64,000 nucleotides of DNA from an uncultured Chloroflexia bacterium (GCA_963712745.1 CAVQJC010000008.1:1-64000), one strand, 5' to 3'; shown: positions 1 to 9,963, counted from the first letter of the stretch. The notes: a model not told the origin generated them from the sequence alone. Translations and numbers: made by a program.

Positions 1-46
1 CTGAGCCACTGGCGGACCCGGCCCGCGCATGCGGAGGGGAGATGTC

Positions 47-568
47 ATGCGTACATTGCGGCTGTCCCTGGTCGGGACGGCCATCTTGATGTTGCTCGGT
101 GGGCTGGCTGGCGCGGCCGTGGCGCAGGAGGAGGAGCCCGTCGACCTCATGGCACCGGCAGCGGTGACCATCGAAACGGGCAATCCCCGCCCGGTCTCGG
201 GACCCTCCACGGAGGTCGATGATGCCGGCGTCATCCATTACCGAGGGGTCGAGTTCGCGATGGACTGGGTCGCGAGCGATCCGCGTCTGTCGGGGGCCGT
301 GACCTACCACGGCGCCTGGGACGAATTCGGTGGCTACAGCATCGAGACCAACACCTACGAGGTCGTCAACGAGGGAGGCCGTTGGTTCGGACCCGCGACG
401 GCCATCACGGTGAACGATGTGTGGGTCGAGACCATCGTCCTCGACGGCGAGGGCGGCTACGAGGGGCTAACCGCCTACGTCCTGGGGACGCTCCTCCCCG
501 ATGAGACGAACGCGATCATCTTCCCCGGTGAGCCGATCCCGATGCCGGAACGGAGCCCTGCCCCGTAG
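47..568 (+). CDS. Secreted protein, DPRLSG family (paralog 1)
   Basis: GGAGGGGA RBS before ATG 47; signal peptide MRTLRLSLVG...AVAQ; motifs SDPRLSG, GEGGYEGL and C-terminal IIFPGEPIPMP shared with six other ORFs in the window. Confidence 0.85.
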   Translation: MRTLRLSLVGTAILMLLGGLAGAAVAQEEEPVDLMAPAAVTIETGNPRPVSGPSTEVDDAGVIHYRGVEFAMDWVASDPRLSGAVTYHGAWDEFGGYSIETNTYEVVNEGGRWFGPATAITVNDVWVETIVLDGEGGYEGLTAYVLGTLLPDETNAIIFPGEPIPMPERSPAP

Positions 569-594
569 CTCAGGCGAGACACGGCCCACGACCC

Positions 595-622
595 GAGGCC
601 CGTCCCGCGAGGGGCGGGCCTC
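595..622 (+). repeat. 28-bp GNRA-loop hairpin GAGGCCCGTCCC-GCGA-GGGGCGGGCCTC (copy 1; terminator/REP-like)
   Basis: Inverted repeat with one G-T pair, 26 bp after the stop codon; 8 copies in the first 12.6 kb. Confidence 0.9.
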
Positions 623-627
623 GTCTC

Positions 628-840
628 CTATCCCTCGCCCTCCCCCAGCAGCGCCGCCATCAGCGCGTCCTGCCCGTCCTCGCCGAGCATCGCGAGCTGC
701 CGCGCGACGCGCACGCCGTCGGGCGTGAGGCGCATGGCCGGCTGACCGTCCTCGTCGACGTACTGCTCGACGAGGCCGGCGGCCTCGACCTGCTCGAGGA
801 TGGCGTCGAGCTCGGCGTCGCGGGTCGGCGCGTCGGTCAT
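628..840 (-). CDS. Small hypothetical protein (winged-helix-like fragment)
   Basis: LEQVEAAGLVEQYVD...MRLTPDG resembles a wHTH wing; converges on the hairpin. Confidence 0.55.
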   Translation of the reverse strand: MTDAPTRDAELDAILEQVEAAGLVEQYVDEDGQPAMRLTPDGVRVARQLAMLGEDGQDALMAALLGEGEG

Positions 841-944
841 CGCGCGACGGTAGCGCATGGACGCTGGTGGGAGAATCGTCGTGGTGGTCGAGCCGTGCGA
901 CCAAGGGGGCACCTCCGGCGCGACCCGGCATCGGGGGAGGTCCC

Positions 945-1232
945 ATGAGGAAGCGACTGCTCACGAGTCTGCTCGCGGGTGGATTGATGGCGTCCATGCT
1001 GCCAGGCGTGGCGTCGGCTGACTGGCCCGGGAGCCGAGGGGATGATGGCCCGATGTTCGCCGGCTTCATCTCCTGTGATCTGGTCGGCGGGGGCTCACTG
1101 CTCACCCAGAGCCTTGGCCCGAAGCCGGCGGGCGTCCAGGGCCAACTTCGGAAGGAGTTCAATGCCGCTGTGAAGGACTCGGGCCGGAAGTGCGTGAAGG
1201 AGTCGTTGATCGTCTTCTTCTACAAGGTCTGA
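945..1232 (+). CDS. Small secreted protein
   Basis: GGAGG RBS; signal peptide MRKRLLTSLLAGGLMASMLPGVASA; followed by hairpin. Confidence 0.75.
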   Translation: MRKRLLTSLLAGGLMASMLPGVASADWPGSRGDDGPMFAGFISCDLVGGGSLLTQSLGPKPAGVQGQLRKEFNAAVKDSGRKCVKESLIVFFYKV

Positions 1233-1266
1233 ACCCAAGCACGAGGGCATCGACGCCTGACTTCCA

Positions 1267-1294
1267 GAGGCCCGTCCCGCGAGGGGCGGGCCTC
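1267..1294 (+). repeat. GNRA hairpin repeat copy 2
   Basis: Exact 28-bp match to copy 1, followed by TTCTT. Confidence 0.9.
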
Positions 1295-1422
1295 TTCTTG
1301 TGTCCATCTCGACAACGCATACCGCCACGCTGTACATTGCCGAGTCAAGGTCTGCGGACCTGCGGTCACTGCCGCAGGCTGCGGGTCACGGCCGCGCCTG
1401 GGGGAGAGATGGAGGAGCGCAG

Positions 1423-1701
1423 ATGCGCAAGATTTGGAGAGCCTCCCCGGTGGTCGCCGAGCACGTACCGGCCACCGAGGCCGAACGCGACGGCGACGCG
1501 ATGCGCCGACTCCGCGAGGCGGTGCCGAAGGGCTGGGTCATCGATGCACAAGGCCCGGTCCACTATCTACATGGCGTTACCGAGTGGGAGGTAGAGGTGT
1601 GCGACCCGAGCCATTCTCATTGTGATCGTGGCTTCGGAGCCACGCTGGACGCCGCTGCGGATCGGTGCCGGGAGAGGCTGGAGATGTCTGCTGGCCGCTG
1701 A
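1423..1701 (+). CDS. Hypothetical protein
   Basis: GGAGGAG RBS before ATG 1423; followed by hairpin. Confidence 0.6.
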   Translation: MRKIWRASPVVAEHVPATEAERDGDAMRRLREAVPKGWVIDAQGPVHYLHGVTEWEVEVCDPSHSHCDRGFGATLDAAADRCRERLEMSAGR

Positions 1702-1722
1702 GATCGACACGCAAGCGCATCG

Positions 1723-1750
1723 AAGGCCCGTCCCGCGAGGGGCGGGCCTC
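1723..1750 (+). repeat. GNRA hairpin repeat copy 3
   Basis: 27/28 match to copy 1. Confidence 0.9.
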
Positions 1751-1769
1751 TTCTCATTCCCGCCTGGCG

Positions 1770-1921
1770 TCACGCGGCTGCGCTCAGCGTTCGACCTGGC
1801 GAGCGACGTGGAGGGACCGCGGCTGTACCTGTCGACGGCCATCGGCGATCGCTACCGGGTGCGCGTGCGCGACGACGGGGCGGTCGTGAGGTTGCGGAAG
1901 CGCCGATACGGCCGGTCATAG
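1770..1921 (+). pseudogene. 3' fragment of small GDRYRV-family protein
   Basis: LASDVEGPRLYLSTAIGDRYRVRVRDDGAVVRL aligns with ORF 11606-11839; no start codon. Confidence 0.55.
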
Positions 1922-2193
1922 GGGTCGGGGTACTGCCAGGGGAGTCGAGGTGTCGCCCAGAGGCATCGTGGGCACTACTAAGGCGGGACCCACAGACCGG
2001 AGTAACCCGGTGCCCGTGACCTCGGTCCTGACCCGTGGTCAGGGATATACCGCCGAGGTCGGCAGCGGACGAGTAGGGCGTCGTCGCCATCGGCCTCCCC
2101 ACTTAGCTTCCGGAGTAGCCGATCGTACCGCCCAATGAATGGTCGGAGTCGGTAAGGCGGGACTCCTCACCGCCTTGATACGGGGGTAGTCCA

Positions 2194-3048
2194 GTGAACG
2201 GGAACACTCTTCGTCGCGCCACGGCTTTCACGACTTCCGCGGCACTTCTGGCAGCGCTCACCGTCGGCACTCTCGCCGCGCCCGTAGTCGCGAACGGCGA
2301 CAACGTCATCAGCCCCACTGCGTATGCCACGGTCGTGGACGGCGCGTGCTCGGGTATGTCGCCGCCTCCGCCCCGCGACGGCACCCCTGATTGCGTCCTC
2401 GGGGGCTTCTTCGCGGTCTTGAACCGCGTTCCTCCCGGCCAGGAGGAACGTGCCATCGTCGAGTTCGATGTCTCAGGCCTGCTCTTCCCGCAGTCTTCTG
2501 CGAGGTTCAGTGGCTCGCCGTTCTACAACACCACGGGACCGGCGACGCTCGAACTCTGGGGGTACGTCGGTGATGGGTCCGTGTCCAAGCCCGATTTCGA
2601 CTCCGGCGCCAAGATCATCGCCACGTTCAATCACAGCTCGGGACCACTGTCTCTCGACGTGCTGTCGTTCGTGAACAAGCGGGCCGCCCAGGGCGACAAG
2701 TACGTAGGCTTCGCCATCCGCCAACCGAACCAGAAGGCGGGTCGCAAGAGCTGGGTCTCTCTCAAGCTCACGACGAGCCCGCCGTCGCCGCTGAAGTCGG
2801 TTCGGCACCTCAGTGGCGATGTCGCGAATCTCGACGTCGCTCGGGGAGTCAGGAATGCGCTCGGCGCCTCGCTCGACGTTGCGGTCAGCAAACTCGCCGA
2901 TAGCAGCACGCGCAACGACAAGGCAGCGGTCGGACAGCTGAGAGCCTTCGTAAACAAGGTTGAAGCACAGGCGGGGAAGAAGATCGCCGTCGCTGCTGCC
3001 AAGAACCTAGTCGCGAAGGCAGAACACGTGATCGACCGGCTCAAGTGA
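2194..3048 (+). CDS. Secreted protein with C-terminal FIMAH-like helical domain
   Basis: Signal peptide; C-terminal AAVGQLRAFVNKVEAQAGKKI pattern; followed by hairpin. Confidence 0.8.
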   Translation: MNGNTLRRATAFTTSAALLAALTVGTLAAPVVANGDNVISPTAYATVVDGACSGMSPPPPRDGTPDCVLGGFFAVLNRVPPGQEERAIVEFDVSGLLFPQSSARFSGSPFYNTTGPATLELWGYVGDGSVSKPDFDSGAKIIATFNHSSGPLSLDVLSFVNKRAAQGDKYVGFAIRQPNQKAGRKSWVSLKLTTSPPSPLKSVRHLSGDVANLDVARGVRNALGASLDVAVSKLADSSTRNDKAAVGQLRAFVNKVEAQAGKKIAVAAAKNLVAKAEHVIDRLK

Positions 3049-3076
3049 CCGGGCATCTCGCGCCCGACCGCCATTC

Positions 3077-3104
3077 GAGGCCCGTCCCGCGAGGGGCGGG
3101 CCTC
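3077..3104 (+). repeat. GNRA hairpin repeat copy 4
   Basis: Exact match to copy 1. Confidence 0.9.
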
Positions 3105-3193
3105 TGCTCGTGTCGAGATGGTTCGGGCGAATCGTGCCTTCCGTCACTTGAGCCTGGGCATCGTCGGGCGGACGATGCAGTCGGAGGACCGAC

Positions 3194-3613
3194 ATGACGG
3201 TGACCCGCTGGACGAGGCTTGCAGCCGTCTGGCTACTCGGCATGGGCACGTTCATCGTGGGCGTAGCCGTGTACGGCATCGCATCGAGCCGGTGGGCCTG
3301 CGATCAGCCTCCCGAGTACTCCGGCTACCAGTTCGCGTGTGACGCGGCCTGGATCCTGGGCGCTGTCGCTGTGGTCGTCGCGGCCCTGCATGTCATGGCG
3401 GCGGTCAGCATCTGGCGAGGCCACGTTCGAGGTGCGGTGGCCGGGGTCGTGCTTTCGCTCCTCGGGTTGCTGGGGTGCTCGGGCTTCCTGGAGGACGAAC
3501 GCTGGTGGGTGGTGCTGCCGGTCGCCGCCGGCAACGTCGGTACATCGCTGGTCCTGGCGTATGCACTCATCGCGGACTGGTGGAGTGGAGGACGACACGC
3601 CACGCAGCCATAG
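3194..3613 (+). CDS. Four-TM membrane protein
   Basis: GGAGGA RBS; four hydrophobic segments. Confidence 0.75.
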   Translation: MTVTRWTRLAAVWLLGMGTFIVGVAVYGIASSRWACDQPPEYSGYQFACDAAWILGAVAVVVAALHVMAAVSIWRGHVRGAVAGVVLSLLGLLGCSGFLEDERWWVVLPVAAGNVGTSLVLAYALIADWWSGGRHATQP

Positions 3614-3623
3614 CGGTGTCGGT

Positions 3624-4499
3624 CGTCCCGCGAGGGGCGGGCCTCTTCCTAGTCGGATCGCGGCGACCAACCAGCCCACGACGTGTCCGTGTCCTGTCCG
3701 GTCCCCACGCTCAGCCCCGACGTCGCCGCGAGCCAGATCATCTACAGAGGCATCGACTCCGACACCATCGACCCACTGGTCGTCTGCGGGCGGTCCCATG
3801 ACGTGCTCCAGCAGCTCCTGCACGCTGGAACGGCGCCACCACCCCGCGTGCATGTGTCCGCTCGCAGCGAGGGCTACGATGGAGCCAGACGGTGACTCCG
3901 CCCCTCGTCGCGGCGAGGAGAGGCCGGAGGCCGAGACAGCCCGAAAGGGTGGTCGTCATCAACAAGTCCCACGACTACCACGCCCTCGAGCGCGAGTTCA
4001 TCAGCAGCCGACATCACCCTGAGGGAGTTGTGCAGGCGCCATGGCATCACCGCCCACTCCGCCGTCGTCGTCCAGGCCCGCAAGGGGGACTGGGAGAAGA
4101 AGCGCGAGGCGTATCAGGCCCGGGCGTCGGAGTCCTTCATCGAGCACCACGCCGAGCGCATGGCCGACCGCCAGGCCGAGATCCACGACGAGGTCCTCGA
4201 GGCCATCGCCAGGTTCAGGGCCGACCTGCAGGCGACGAAGCTGGTCAGGCAGCCCGACGGCCGCATCACCGAGGAGCCCGCCTGGTCCATGACACCCCGC
4301 GATGCGTGCCTCATCATCGACCGCTTCCAGGTGCTGTTCGCCAGGCCGTCATCGATCAGCCAGCACCAGGGCCTCACCGTCACCTCCGAGCTGACCGCCG
4401 ATGTCCTCAGCGAGTTCATCGAGGCGACCCGTGGCATGGTCGAGCCACCCTCGCAGGCCTCACCGATCCCGCGATCACCGCGCCGCCTGGACGACCGAG
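3624..4499 (+). repeat. About 880-bp block (truncated hairpin copy 5, mini-ORF, leader, HTH gene) duplicated at about 12576-13469, with a diverged copy at about 8823-9719
   Basis: Near-identical nucleotide runs seen by direct comparison. Confidence 0.9.
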
Positions 4500-4504
4500 C
4501 CTGA
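3949..4504 (+). pseudogene. Terminase-small-subunit-like HTH protein, copy 1 (+1 frameshift near 4008)
   Basis: DYHALEREFI..DI.LRELCRRHGI N-terminus split over two frames; otherwise matches the copies at 9168 and 12907. Confidence 0.65.
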
Positions 4505-4609
4505 GCCCACCGGCCGCCTCGGCTGCCTGCGCCATGCCGTCGGGCCGTCCGGCCCTTGACCCGCTGAGCGGGGCGCGGAGGATGAGCGGCATCCGCATCG
4601 GGGGGCGTG

Positions 4610-5155
4610 ATGGGCAAGCGAGTCGGGGTGTTGACGGGGCTGCTGGTCCTGGCGCTGGGGTCTGGAGCGGTGGCGCAGTCGCCGTCGGCCCACCTTGAGC
4701 CGCAGCGGATGCGAGTCGAGGTCCCCGAGGCTGGCGTGGCCTTCAGCCATCCCCCGGACTGGCACTCTGTCCAACTCACGGACGAGTTCAACAGTGTTCG
4801 GTTGGTCTCGCCCGACGGATGGGTCAGTTGCGACTTGGCTGACCTCACGCCCGATACCTTCGCCACGCTGGATGCTATCGAGTCGGAGTGGATACCGACA
4901 CTCTGGTACGCCCAACCAGACTTCCCCGGTGAGTACACGGTCAGCAGACTCGTGCTGCCGGTCGGTGTCGTGCTCGTGGTGACCCGCGAAGAGGAAACAG
5001 AGGACATCGACTTCCACAACCTCGACTTCTACGTCCCGACGCCCCAGCACTTCACGTTGCTCGGGTGCTCGTGGCTGTCCCCATACGGCGACGCCTTTGC
5101 AGCGGACCTGGTCTCCATCGCCGAGACCTTCGAGTTCCTGCCCGCCGAGGAGTAG
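4610..5155 (+). CDS. Secreted protein (PsbP-like fold possible)
   Basis: Signal peptide; VEVPEAGVAFSHPPDW...SIAETFEFLP pattern. Confidence 0.75.
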   Translation: MGKRVGVLTGLLVLALGSGAVAQSPSAHLEPQRMRVEVPEAGVAFSHPPDWHSVQLTDEFNSVRLVSPDGWVSCDLADLTPDTFATLDAIESEWIPTLWYAQPDFPGEYTVSRLVLPVGVVLVVTREEETEDIDFHNLDFYVPTPQHFTLLGCSWLSPYGDAFAADLVSIAETFEFLPAEE

Positions 5156-5243
5156 GTCGCGGCTGCCGTCGAAGGCCATGCACTCCGCGTTGGAGAAGGT
5201 GGACATGTCCACTGGACTGTCCAGTTGACACGCTACGCGGCGC

Positions 5244-5453
5244 TCACCCGACCTCGAGGTAGTAGTCCAGGACTGCGTGGCTGTTGGGGGCTTGAGTCCG
5301 TCCGGGGCGCCATACCCACGCACCTTCCCGAAGAAGGGCCTGGCCGGTGGTGTCGACTCGATGGAGTCGGGTCCACTGACCGATCCTTGGCCTGGACGCC
5401 CCCACCAGGAGCTGGACGAGCTCCGCGAGCTGGGGACGGGTGGCCTGCTTCAC
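5244..5453 (-). pseudogene. C-terminal remnant of a probable large serine recombinase with att-like core at 5298-5312
   Basis: Frameshifted QLAELVQLLV..VQAKDRSV..TPPARPFF..APDG; homologous to 10190-10320. Confidence 0.55.
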
Positions 5454-5513
5454 ATTCTTGGACTGCCGCGAACCGACGGGAAGCGAGTGCGTGCTGGACT
5501 TCCGGGCGCTTCC

Positions 5514-5542
5514 TGAGACACTTGGGCCACGCTGTTCGTCTA
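5514..5542 (+). promoter_or_regulatory. Putative autoregulatory ECF promoter TGAGACA-N16-CGTCTA (leaderless)
   Basis: ECF-like -35/-10 six nt before the sigma ATG; same geometry at 15512-15540. Confidence 0.55.
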
Positions 5543-5548
5543 TGAGGT

Positions 5549-6091
5549 ATGGGGGTCATGGCAGGGGTCGCAGACACGGACCTCGGTGTCGCCGCCAGGG
5601 CGGCGGCAGCGGGGGACGATGCCGCCTTTGCCCGCATCGTCGCTGCCCACCACGAGGACATGCGCCGCGTGTGCGTGGTCGTGACGGGTGACGAGCAACT
5701 GGCGGAGGACGCGGTCCAGTCGGCTTGGGCGGTCGCCTGGAAGAAGATCGGGACGCTGAGGCAGCCCGAACAACTGCGACCCTGGCTCGTGTCGGTCGCG
5801 GTGAACCAGGCCAGGGACATGCTGCGGAAACGCCGCCGTACACCCGAAGCCCGACTCGATGTCGCGACCGCCCGCGTGACGGGGGGAGTAGATCCTGCGA
5901 CTGGCATCGAGTCGCTGGACCTGTTCACCGCGATGGATCGTCTCGATCCCGAGGACCGCGCCCTCATCGCCATGCGCTACGTCGTCGGCTTCGATGCCAG
6001 CGAGATCGCGTCGGCCATCGGCCTGAGCGCCTCTGGCACCCGCACTCGCCTCGAACGAGTGCTTGACCGACTCAGACAGGAACTCGCGTGA
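5549..6091 (+). CDS. ECF sigma-70 factor
   Basis: Region 2 AEDAVQSAWAVAW..LRPWL and region 4 LIAMRYVVGFDASEIA..GTRTRL. Confidence 0.92.
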   Translation: MGVMAGVADTDLGVAARAAAAGDDAAFARIVAAHHEDMRRVCVVVTGDEQLAEDAVQSAWAVAWKKIGTLRQPEQLRPWLVSVAVNQARDMLRKRRRTPEARLDVATARVTGGVDPATGIESLDLFTAMDRLDPEDRALIAMRYVVGFDASEIASAIGLSASGTRTRLERVLDRLRQELA

Positions 6092-8193
6092 TGGATCCTA
6101 TGAACGCATTCGAACAGCAGCTCTCCCGCGTGGCGACCGAAGTGGCCGGGCCGGTCAGGCCGGTCGATGCCACAGCGGTCGTGCGCTCGGCGAAGGCTGC
6201 TCCAGTACATCGCTGGTCGGTCCGCATACGCGGGTTCCGGAGTGGCGTGACCACCCGAACCGAAGGGGGCTTCTCCACGTTCTCCGCACTGAAGTTCGTC
6301 GCTGCCAGCGTCATCGTGGCGCTGTTCGGCGGCTTCCTGCTCAGCGGTGTCCTCACGACACCGGATGACGACCAGACGGCCCCGGCGGCGGTGACCGCCT
6401 CACCCTCGCCGATGACGACCGAGGAGTTGCTCTCGGGCATGGTCACCGAGGAGGTCGAGCCGGGTGTGTTCCGGGTCGTCAACGACGGATACCGGGACGT
6501 GAGCCACCCTGACGAGGCCAACTGGATGGATGATGCGGTCATCGTGGGTGCCACTGGCGACGTATGGCGCATCACCCCACCGCGCCGCCTCTTCAAACTC
6601 GGGCAGGAGCCGGAGTGGGACTACGACCCTGGTCTGGTGGACATCGGTCAGGCCAAGACCGATGCGGGTCCAGACGGTCGCCTCTGGACCCTCGTCTCGA
6701 GAGGCCTCCGGGTCTTCGAGGGTGGGACATGGAACAACCCGGGCGAGTACGGCTTCAACGTCGACCTCGAGACACTCGCGGTGCAGGACGATGGCACCGC
6801 GTGGTTCCTCGGCAGGGACTCCCTCGGCAAGGACTACCTCGGGTGGGTGCCCCCTGGCGGCGAGCCTGATGGCAGCGGCGGGACGGATGTCTACGACGGC
6901 TCTATCGTGCCCTGGGCACTGGTGGTGTCCAGCGACGGTGCGGCCTGGCTCATGGGTCGCCGCGAAGGGAGCCTTGACACCGACGCGTTCCTCCGCTTCG
7001 ACGGCACCGCCTGGGAGGTGTTCCCCGCACCCGAGGGCATCGAGTTGGGGCTGGGCAGTCCGTTCGATGTCGGACCGGGCGGTGCTTTGTGGACCGCCGG
7101 TGACGCGCTCGGGCGGCACGAGAGCCTCGCTCGTCTCGACGACGAAGGCTGGACCATCTTCACCGAGGCCGACGGCGTGGAGCCATGGGGCCAGCAGCCG
7201 CTGGGCTACGTCCCCACGGACCTCGTCAAGATCGCTCCCGATGGCAGTGCGTGGGTGAACGCCACCGACGCGGTGACGCCGACCTGCGACGGACTGGCTC
7301 GCTTCGACGGCGAGACATGGACCTCGTTCCTATCCGGGCGATGCGTCTCGGACCTCGACTTCGCCCCTGACGGCAGCCTCTGGGTGGTAGTCCGGGAGCC
7401 AGACTTCACGTCCGAGGTCGACACCTACGTCATCACCCCCGAGGCCGCAGCGGACGAAGTCGTCGGCACGTCGGCGCTGCAGGTCGAGGAGGGACCGCTC
7501 GTCTATGTGCCGATGGGCAACTCGCTCACCTTCTTTCCAATGTCTGGCTCTGACAACTTCAATGCTCGCTACGCCGCGATGCTGGAGGCAGACTTCGGTG
7601 TCGATGTCGAGGTTCGTCCCCACACCGTCGGCGGCCAGCGGACCGATGACTTCCTCGAGCAGCTGCGCACCGATGACCGCCTGCGAGAGGATCTGGGGGA
7701 GGCTGATGTGGTCACGCTGCTGATACCGAACGACGAATGGGCCGAACCCTTTTCGACGGCGGCCGGAGCCGAGGGTCGCGACCCGTCCGACTGCGGGGGT
7801 GAGGACCATCAGCAGTGCCTGCGTGACGTGATCGACTCCTACAAGCAGCAGGTCGATCGGATCTTCGACGAGCTGACGGCCATCGTGGACCCGGCGGAGA
7901 CCCTGATCCGCGTCCAGGACTTCTATCAATTCATGACGAACGTAACTACGCCGGAAGCCTTCGACCTCACGTATCCGTATTGGCGCGAAGGTCAGGAGTA
8001 TGTCGAGCAGGTCGCGGGCCAGCACGGGATACCGGTGGCCCAGGTCTTCGATGACTTCATGGGCACGGACGGTCTCTACATCGACCTCGTGGCCGACGGC
8101 TTGGTCGGGCCTGACGGCCTGCACCCGACAGCGGAGGGTGCCGGACGCATGGCCACGTTGGTGCACGATCTCGGATACGACCTGGCGGACTGA
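6088..8193 (+). CDS. Putative membrane anti-sigma factor with beta-propeller and C-terminal SGNH/GDSL hydrolase domain
   Basis: Overlaps the sigma stop; single TM (FVAASVIVALFGGFLL); repeated APDGxxW/RFDGxxW; SGNH blocks MGNSLT, PND, DGLHPT. Confidence 0.8.
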   Translation: MMDPMNAFEQQLSRVATEVAGPVRPVDATAVVRSAKAAPVHRWSVRIRGFRSGVTTRTEGGFSTFSALKFVAASVIVALFGGFLLSGVLTTPDDDQTAPAAVTASPSPMTTEELLSGMVTEEVEPGVFRVVNDGYRDVSHPDEANWMDDAVIVGATGDVWRITPPRRLFKLGQEPEWDYDPGLVDIGQAKTDAGPDGRLWTLVSRGLRVFEGGTWNNPGEYGFNVDLETLAVQDDGTAWFLGRDSLGKDYLGWVPPGGEPDGSGGTDVYDGSIVPWALVVSSDGAAWLMGRREGSLDTDAFLRFDGTAWEVFPAPEGIELGLGSPFDVGPGGALWTAGDALGRHESLARLDDEGWTIFTEADGVEPWGQQPLGYVPTDLVKIAPDGSAWVNATDAVTPTCDGLARFDGETWTSFLSGRCVSDLDFAPDGSLWVVVREPDFTSEVDTYVITPEAAADEVVGTSALQVEEGPLVYVPMGNSLTFFPMSGSDNFNARYAAMLEADFGVDVEVRPHTVGGQRTDDFLEQLRTDDRLREDLGEADVVTLLIPNDEWAEPFSTAAGAEGRDPSDCGGEDHQQCLRDVIDSYKQQVDRIFDELTAIVDPAETLIRVQDFYQFMTNVTTPEAFDLTYPYWREGQEYVEQVAGQHGIPVAQVFDDFMGTDGLYIDLVADGLVGPDGLHPTAEGAGRMATLVHDLGYDLAD

Positions 8194-8268
8194 CCGACCA
8201 TCCGAGCGACGACTGCGATCCGACTTCGATGCCGGATCGGGTGCCTGGTCGCAGGCGGACTTCTGGCG

Positions 8269-8781
8269 ATGGCGCTGCCGGGGGTGGCTGTAGCCGAGCG
8301 GAGCGACGAGGCGATCGAGGATGCTGCTGAGCCGGTGCACTTCACGGCGATGCTCTCCCCGACGGGCGGTGGCTCCGACCAGGAAGTCGCATTCGGGGAG
8401 GGCTACGTCCGAACGACGTGGTTGGCGGTCCCCATGGGCGTCCACGGCTCCAGCGACCCTAGGTTCGACGGGACCGGGGTGTGGCGCGGCACGACCGACA
8501 CATACCGGGCCAATCCCTCGTTCGAGGTCCAGCGGGGCGCGTATCGGATCGACGATGAGGACGGAGCCTGGCAGCAGGTTCCCACCACCTTGCTGACCCT
8601 ACGTACGGCCGACCGACTGCCGGTCATCCTCGTCTTTGAGGGCGAGGGCGCCTACGCCGGCCTCGTGGTCGTGGCCCATGCGAGCTTCGTGTCGAACCAA
8701 GGGCGGCAGCTTGACGGCGTCATCTTCGAGGGCGAGGTGCCACCGATGCCGAACCTGGCCGAGCAACCCGCCACCGATTAG
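8269..8781 (+). CDS. Secreted DPRLSG-family protein (paralog 2)
   Basis: SDPRFDG, GEGAYAGL, GVIFEGEVPPMP; signal peptide extends upstream in frame, and the likely ATG at 8229 is 1 nt out of frame. Confidence 0.75.
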   Translation: MALPGVAVAERSDEAIEDAAEPVHFTAMLSPTGGGSDQEVAFGEGYVRTTWLAVPMGVHGSSDPRFDGTGVWRGTTDTYRANPSFEVQRGAYRIDDEDGAWQQVPTTLLTLRTADRLPVILVFEGEGAYAGLVVVAHASFVSNQGRQLDGVIFEGEVPPMPNLAEQPATD

Positions 8782-8822
8782 TCCCATCGCGCCGCCTCGG
8801 CTGCCTGCGGCGCTCAGGGAGT

Positions 8823-8847
8823 GCCCGTCCCGCGAGGGGCGGGCCTC
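8823..8847 (+). repeat. GNRA hairpin repeat copy 6
   Basis: GCCCGTCCCGCGAGGGGCGGGCCTC, preceded by the shared CGCGCCGCCTCGGCTGCC motif. Confidence 0.85.
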
Positions 8848-9167
8848 TACTCGCGTCGGAGGTGGTTCGCGGCCACCAAGGCATCGCCCTACCAGCCCAT
8901 GACGTGTCCATGACCCGACCAGGCCCCACGCTCAGCCAATGGCCTGACGGCGCCGCGAGCCAGGTCATCCATACAGGCATCCACTCCGACACCGTCGAAC
9001 CAAGGGTCGTCTGCGGTCGGTCCCCCGGGGTGATCCCAGCAGCTCCTGCACGCTGAGAACGACGCCGCCACCGCACGCGCATCCGACCACCCTTGGCCTG
9101 CGGTCTACGATGGAGCCAGACGGTCATCCCGCCATGCGGGAGCCGAGACAGCCGAAAGGCGGTCGCC

Positions 9168-9719
9168 GTGAACAAGCGGCATCAGTACCGCGACATGGAG
9201 CGCGAGTACATCACCTCCGACATCTCCATCAGGGAGCTGTGCCGCCGGCACGGCATCAGCGCCCACTCGGTCGTGGTCGACCAATCGCGGAAGCACGACT
9301 GGGTCGCGAAGCGCGAGGCCTACCGGGCCAGGGAGTCGGAGTCCTTCATCGACAAGTACGCCGACCGCATGGCCGACCGCATGGCGGAGATCAGCGACAA
9401 GATCCTCGACGCGGTCGACGAGGCCATCACCAAGTTCCGCCAGGACATGAAGGCCACCAAGGCGGTCAGGCAGCCCGACGGCAGCATCACCGAGGAACCC
9501 GCCTGGTTCATGACGCCGAAGGATCTCTGTCTGCTCATCGACAGGTTCGAGGTGTTGTTCGAGCGACCGTCGGTCATCAGCCAGCACCAGGGCCTCGCGG
9601 TCAGCACCGAGCTCCCTCCTGATGCCCTGCGCGACTTCATCGAGGCGACACGGGGGAGGGGAGAGCCATCCCGGATGGAGGTGTCCCCGCTGCCGCGAAG
9701 ATGGCGGCTGGACGACTAG
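9168..9719 (+). CDS. Terminase-small-subunit-like HTH/coiled-coil protein, copy 2 (intact)
   Basis: EREYITSDISIRELCRRHGIS N-terminal HTH followed by long helices; GTG start after AAAGG. Confidence 0.7.
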   Translation: MNKRHQYRDMEREYITSDISIRELCRRHGISAHSVVVDQSRKHDWVAKREAYRARESESFIDKYADRMADRMAEISDKILDAVDEAITKFRQDMKATKAVRQPDGSITEEPAWFMTPKDLCLLIDRFEVLFERPSVISQHQGLAVSTELPPDALRDFIEATRGRGEPSRMEVSPLPRRWRLDD

Positions 9720-9750
9720 CATCGGGGGACATCATTCCGGAGGTGGTGTC

Positions 9751-9963
9751 GTGGAGCTGCTGATCGTCGTTGGCTACATCGTCATTCCGGCGGCCGCGGT
9801 GATCGCGAGCTTCGCCTTCAGCGGTGACGCCGCCAGCTCGAGGGGCGACGGGATGATCCTGGGCTGCTTCCTGCTCGCGGTGCCGCTCTGGCCGCTCACC
9901 ATGTCGTTCTGGCTGTGGTACGTGATGAAGCGGCACTGGGACGCCACGAGCCGGGAGGCGTAA
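9751..9963 (+). CDS. Small two-TM membrane protein
   Basis: GGAGG RBS, GTG start, two hydrophobic helices. Confidence 0.65.
   Translation: MELLIVVGYIVIPAAAVIASFAFSGDAASSRGDGMILGCFLLAVPLWPLTMSFWLWYVMKRHWDATSREA

Noticed and set aside
595-3645. CRISPR array formed by the 28-bp palindromic repeat
   Set aside because: Spacing is 450-1350 bp and contains whole genes; no cas genes seen
5240-5312. Complete tRNA gene
   Set aside because: Only a degenerate T-arm/acceptor 3' half is visible; no D-arm or anticodon arm could be folded
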